A stretch of DNA of 62,665 nt, filler included. It is 6 parts of 6 records of this genome, joined end to end, with 100 filler letters (N's around TTAATTAATTAA, not from the genome) between each part and the next. Parts side by side here need not be neighbours in the genome. Positions count along the whole stretch, not along the records: positions 50,118 to 62,665 come from SRR31147125_34670; 5 more parts are not named here. One strand, given 5' to 3'. This document shows, piece after piece, positions 61,259 to 62,665 of the stretch (its first letter is position 1; the number at the start of each line of letters is the position of its first letter). The notes beneath the pieces were generated by a model. It was not told the origin of the DNA. It saw only the letters and a list, made by a program, of their open reading frames with translations, and searched no databases. A program made the translations under genes and the position numbers.

Positions 61259-62290
61259 TTATTTATCCAAAACTTCACCATAAGCTTCTCCCAACATATT
61301 CCACATGTCTAATGCATGGGGAGCAGCCAAAACAGTACCATCACCACCCCGATAGGTCCAGGCAAAGAGACTTTCAACACCCATATCTGCGTAAAGATGG
61401 ACGATGTCCTTTATTTCTGACAACTTTTCAGGTTCCTGGTAGTAGTTCATAATCCAACGTTGTGATCCTTTATTGTACTTTTGAGCGCAATCAAGAGTCC
61501 TTTGCGTAATAGACTTGAAAAATTGGCGAGGTAACTGATAACTGAGAATAGTTGTACTAAAGACATCAAACTCTTTGATTCGTGCTACTTTTTCCCAATT
61601 ATCATACCCGCGGTGTTCCTTTACATAATAAGTATTGATGGTCGCATGAACACAGCATGTTATACGGGATTCCGGCTTTATTTCTTTGATCATTTTTGAT
61701 GCCGTTTTCAGTATATCCAAAGCGCATTCCTCCCGAAAAGCAACCACCTCTTTCGCTAGTGTACGTGGCATTGTATATCCATATTGCTGCTCAAAAATCT
61801 GTTGGCAGATTGGACATCGACAGGACCAGTCATCACCAGCTCCGCCAGTAATAGAAGCATAACTTTTGGGCAAAAGATAGTGAGGTTCATCCCAAAAGAA
61901 ACCGTCGGCATCGACTTCATAGGCAAGTTTTTCACAGATTCCGTAAAAATAGTCCCGAAAGGCTTTTGTGTTAAAACAGACAGCCGGTAATGGTTCGTTT
62001 GTAAAAGCAGAAACCTGACGATTTCCGGGATTATTGGTAAGAAAAACACTCGGCGGCTCACCACCAAACCATTTTCCAATTCCCCATGTATCCAAATACA
62101 CCCGTAATCCAAGGTCTTTAGCAACTTTAGCTACCTTGACAATATTGGGAAACCAGAAATCGATATCATATTCTGAAAGGGCTAATACCACCGCGTTACA
62201 GTTGTGTTGAACCATTTCTTTAAAATCCCTCTCAGCATGTTCCGGATAACTAATACCATAATAACTCACACCTGTTTCTTTTACACTCAT
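61259..62290 (-). CDS. Putative TIM-barrel glycoside hydrolase
   Basis: GVSYY, FFWDEPH and CRCPIC..F motifs, reminiscent of GH42-like enzymes; sugar operon context. Confidence 0.55.
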   Translation of the reverse strand: MSVKETGVSYYGISYPEHAERDFKEMVQHNCNAVVLALSEYDIDFWFPNIVKVAKVAKDLGLRVYLDTWGIGKWFGGEPPSVFLTNNPGNRQVSAFTNEPLPAVCFNTKAFRDYFYGICEKLAYEVDADGFFWDEPHYLLPKSYASITGGAGDDWSCRCPICQQIFEQQYGYTMPRTLAKEVVAFREECALDILKTASKMIKEIKPESRITCCVHATINTYYVKEHRGYDNWEKVARIKEFDVFSTTILSYQLPRQFFKSITQRTLDCAQKYNKGSQRWIMNYYQEPEKLSEIKDIVHLYADMGVESLFAWTYRGGDGTVLAAPHALDMWNMLGEAYGEVLDK

Positions 62291-62371
62291 AATAGTCCTC
62301 AATTTATATAATCTTCACGCAGATGATGTATTTACTTTGTGATCCTGTTATCTGTTATTTATTTCAAGCAG

Positions 62372-62665
62372 TTAGTTCATAGTTAGGACCTGATTTACAG
62401 CTCCGTCTTTGGATACACTTACCCTGAATTCCTGTTCTTTTTTCCCAGACTTGACTTTTACGAGATATGTACCATAAAATCCACGAAATGAGAATTGGCC
62501 CTGGTCAGACGTTTTACCCTCCGTTTGAGTTTTCCATTCATGATTAATCAATTGATCCAGTATCTCATAGGATTTTTTCGGATTTAAATTTTCATCCAAC
62601 ATTCCCCCATTCCATTTATTCTCCCCTTTCAATGCCGTTCCATCCCCCAAATTCCACAATGTAAT
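62372..62665 (-). CDS. GH10-type glycoside hydrolase, C-terminal fragment
   Basis: WNLGDG..GGMLDENLNPKKSY..LINHEWKT..FRGFYGTY. Confidence 0.75.
   Translation of the reverse strand: MTLWNLGDGTALKGENKWNGGMLDENLNPKKSYEILDQLINHEWKTQTEGKTSDQGQFSFRGFYGTYLVKVKSGKKEQEFRVSVSKDGAVNQVLTMN

Noticed and set aside
73-62124. Numerous short antisense or overlapping ORFs in the track (for example 13861-14208, 19936-20427, 47825-48400, 50672-50998)
   Set aside because: They are shadows of well-supported genes on the other strand or frame and have no recognisable motifs.
1-62665. CRISPR arrays, tRNA/rRNA genes, transposases or integrases
   Set aside because: None were recognised by eye; a covariance-model scan was not possible.

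Overview
The window is not one replicon. It is six contigs joined by 100-bp synthetic linkers (N44-TTAATTAATTAA-N44), probably from different organisms. A (1-7683) is Bacteroidota-like: tatD, elbB, M49 peptidase, GntR/DUF6786/fucI. B (7784-17691) is deltaproteobacterial/myxobacterial-like: a VUT-PAS-HATPase sensor, Cys-rich and FG-GAP surface proteins, NYN and MBOAT genes. C (17792-25163) is a glycan biosynthesis cluster with a ~1660-aa multi-domain fusion. D (25264-43476) is a contractile-injection-system-like baseplate/tail/fibre locus. E (43577-50017) carries ybgC, Re-citrate synthase, hlyIII, wecE and a GT2. F (50118-62665) is a sugar/amino-sugar utilisation cluster. The best candidate for a new system is contig D. 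Baseplate-J and tail genes plus five paralogous fibre-like genes enclose a co-oriented glycosylation cassette. That cassette encodes two enzymes with the motifs of eukaryotic polypeptide GalNAc-transferases and a methyltransferase-CgeB-type glycosyltransferase fusion. About nine genes are split by single-base shifts, mostly at homopolymers, and these are most likely sequencing errors. Family calls come from motif recognition only; no searches were run.
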